A stretch of 64,000 nt of DNA from the NCBI RefSeq assembly GCF_035084215.1, contig NC_090368.1, positions 3,596,001-3,660,000 on the forward strand. The letters run 5' to 3'. Source of the DNA: Heptranchias perlo. Lineage: Eukaryota. A program made the translations under genes and the position numbers. Below are positions 60,300-64,000 of this stretch, in pieces. Each line of letters starts with the position of its first letter. Positions within the stretch are counted from its first letter, which is position 1. Under the pieces are notes generated by a model. The model was not told where the DNA came from. It did no database searches and saw nothing but the letters and a program-made list of their open reading frames with translations.

Positions 60300-60745
60300 A
60301 GACTTGCATTTCTATCGCGCCTTTCACAATCTCAGGACATCTCAAAGCGCTTTACAGCCATTGAAGTACTTTTCGAAGTGTACTCACTGTTGCAATGTAG
60401 GAAACGTGGCAGCCAATTTGCGCACAGCAAGATCCCACAAACAGCAATGTGATAATGACTGGGTAATCTGTTTTTAAAGTGATGTTGGTTGAGGGATGAA
60501 TATTGGCCCAGGACACTGGGGAGACCTCCCCCTGCTCTTCTTTGAAATAGTGTCCGTGGGATCTTTTACGTCCGCCTGAGAGGACAGGCGGGGCTTCGGT
60601 TTAACGTCTCATCCGAAAGAGGGCACCTCCGACAGTGCAGCACTCCCTCGGTACTGCCACTGGGAGTGTCGGCCTGGATTACGTGCTGAAGCCTCTGGAG
60701 TGGGGACTCGAACCCACGACCTTCTGACTGAGAGGCGTGAGCGCT
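60300..60745 (-). mobile_element. DeuSINE copy
   Basis: Reverse complement of the same family. Confidence 0.8.
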
Positions 60746-62135
60746 TCAGACATATGGTGGTGCATTCACCCACTGAGCTCCCAGCCTTATCCCTCCACCA
60801 CAGGGAGACACCAGGTCAGAACCAAGCATAAGGGCGGAAGGAAATTGGGAAACAGAACAAATTTAGGGTAACCCCACTAAGGCCACAAACAGACGCCAGG
60901 GCACAAGTTGCCCGAGGTGACACCAAGGCGGAGAGCCAAGGGATGAAACAAAGAAATCGATCCTATTTGTTATTTTTGACAAGCACTGGAAGCAGGTTAC
61001 AAATCACGAGAGACAGCCTGACAATTGTCTGTATTTAGCTGTATTTCCATGTCTCACTGGTGATTGCCCCTGCATTCCACAACAGGGAATGCTTGAATAA
61101 TGTATAAGGGTATTGATTGAAATGCAGACGATTATCTAAGGAGTGGAATAGGTAGATTCAAGGGAATCCCCTGGACTCCAGCACAATGCCTATTAAACAC
61201 ACACAGCCCGAGAACTCCCTCTTCAGGCCTTACAGTCTGCACAATAATTCATCGCCACCACTTAAGCTGCACCAGGAAAGAAGGTGTTTGAAATGTGCTG
61301 TTCTCCCTGTTGAGAGTGCAGCCACTGTGCGCTCGGGGGAGATCGATAGCTGCCTCTTGTCGTCATGACATCATAGAATCACACAGCACAGAAGGAGGCC
61401 ATTCGGCCCATCGTGCCTGTGCTGGCTCGTTGAAAGAGCAATCCAATTAGTCCCACTCCCCCCTGCTCTTTCCCCCAGCCCTGCAAATCTTCTTCCTTTT
61501 CAAGTATTTATCCAATTCCCTTTTGAAAGTTACCACTGAATCTGCTTCCACCGCCCTTTCAGACAGCACGTTCCAGATCATAACAACTCGCTGCGTAAAA
61601 AAAAATTCTCATCTTCCCTCCTGGTTCTTTCGCCAATTATCTTAAATCTGTGTCCTCTGGTTTCCGATCCTCCCACCTTACGTACTCTATCAAAATCCCT
61701 CAATCCATTAACTCACCCCTTAACCTTCTCTGCTCTAAGGAGAACAATCCCAGCTTCTCTCTGTCCACGTCCTTGACGTCCTTCCTAAAATGTGAGGCTC
61801 AGAATCCAGGCATACAATTGTTTCTTAAATAATTCCAGGGCTTATGGCCTCCGTTGCCCTGGAACTCTGTTCCAAGTGTTGATGACTTTGTGTGAGGGAG
61901 ATCTTCCTGATCTCAGGCCTTCCCTTTACCGACACGAGTGTTACCTGTGGCTCAGTGGGTAGCCCGCTCCTCTCCGAGTCAGTAGATTGGCGGTTTAAGT
62001 CCCACTCCAGTCTGGAATCCTGGCCACTTTTTCCCCTCCCTAACACAATTAAGTAAGGTTTTGGAGACAGGAACTGCATGCAGGCATAAGATTTTTTAAT
62101 ATATTATATAGGCAGTTTAAGAGGGACACGTATAA

Positions 62136-62477
<342 letters not shown>

Positions 62478-64000
62478 ACGAGATAAGGAAGAGGAAGTGA
62501 AAGGGACCAACTCTTCCGCTCTTCGTGAACGAGCGGGTTTCATTAATTCAACTCCTTCCCGTGCCAGTCTCTGTTTGGGGCATTGGTGGCCGACAGCTGA
62601 CTTGACAATACCCAAGACTACCTCTACCAAATTCCTCCCTGCGAAGAAGTTTCTCCTCACTGAGATGAGGAGAGGCTTCTTCACTCAGAGGGTGGTGGGT
62701 CTGTGGAATTTGCTGCCCCAGGAAGCTGTGGAAGCTACATCATTAGATAAATTTAAAACAGAAATAGACAGTTTTCTAGAAGTAAAGGGAATTAGGGGTT
62801 ATGGGGAGCGGGCAGGAAATTGGACATGAAGCTGAGTTCGGATCGGTCAATGCCCTGTGGGTGGCGGAGAGGGCCCAGGGGCTGTGTGGCCGGGTCCTGC
62901 TCCTACTTCTTGTGTTCTTTCGATTTGTGGTTGGGATCAGATCAGCCATGATCTTATTGAATGGCGGAGCAGGCTCGAGGGGCCGATTGGCCTACTCCTG
63001 CTCCAATTTCTTATGTTCTTATGTTCCATTTTGCCTGCAGGCAGAGTCATGGACCTCCTATAACTCTGCCCAAGGGATAAGTGTAACTCACAGGGGAAAT
63101 TCTCATCAACTTTAGAAAGAGATTGTGTTTTGAAAGTGACTGTAGCTGACAGGAGGGTGAGATCAACTGAAAGTCAAGCCCATGCAGTGGAAATGTATAC
63201 AGGAATTGTCGTTGGATAATGCAACCATAAATGGGTTCAAGAGATTGGTGGAATAAGGGGAGGAGAGTGGAAAAAACAAGGTGGGGTTGATCAGAATGCA
63301 TCAGAACTTGCTTGGCCTTTTGCTAAAAGCTCTTCCAATGAGCCGAGGTCCACGCAATCGTTTGCAAGTTAATGTTGGAGTTTGGCAAAGGGGCTTGCAA
63401 CCGTTCAGATGTGACATGACACGAAACTGCCAGAAATCTGTATGACAACTACAAATTACCTCTCCCCTCCAGGCGTGCGAATAAATCACATTCTGGGCCG
63501 GGCAATGCATTTGCTCGTTTGTGACTATTTTCTCTTTCTCAATGATTTTTTTCCTCCCAAATGACAGAACAACCGTTGCTTTATTAAAGAAACTAAAGTG
63601 ACAAGTCAATGGTACGATGCCAACTTCTTTCTCTTTGAGCTAGTTTTCTGTCCCCCTCTCTCTCGCCGTGGTACATTCCATAAGCACCTCATCTAGGTGT
63701 GAGCTCCATAGTGATTGTCAATAGACTATTCAACCACTGAAGACATCATGGGCAAGCCCGATCCCATCCTCACTCAACATTTTACCTTGGTAGCGGTAGC
63801 ACTCGTCCTTGAGTTAGATGGGTTCAAGCCCCACTGCAGGACCTAAGCATATAATCTAGGTTGACACTCCCGGTGCAGTACTGAGGGAGCGCTGCACTGT
63901 TGGAGGTGCCGTCTTTCGGATGAGACCTTAAAACGAGGGCTCGTCTGCCCTCTCAGGCGGACGTAAAAGATCCCACGGCCACTATTTCAAAGAAGAGAAA

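Overview
Vertebrate genomic DNA, most likely from a cartilaginous fish (shark-type DeuSINE/SacSINE1, CR1, L2 and Penelope repeats), in a block syntenic with human 1q22. Hand-spliced genes are: the first two exons of GLMP (-), complete CCT3 (-, 14 exons, 542 aa, one GC-AG intron), a complete PDIA3/ERp57-like gene (-, 13 exons, 498 aa, no basic tail, ends EKEL) and SSR2 (+, 184 aa, one U12 intron). The PDIA3-like gene and SSR2 are head-to-head across a ~0.5 kb CpG promoter with a perfect ERSE and three ZNF143-type motifs. There is also a tRNA-Gly(TCC) and a single-coding-exon cortexin. Most notable are two probable ohnologs absent from this position in mammals (PDIA3-like and a possible fourth cortexin), an intronless 5' fragment of KPNB1 inside a PDIA3-like intron, minimal hammerhead ribozyme motifs in Penelope-derived repeats, and an unexplained CpG/CCAAT promoter near 55.7 kb. 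All calls were made by eye; repeat boundaries are approximate.
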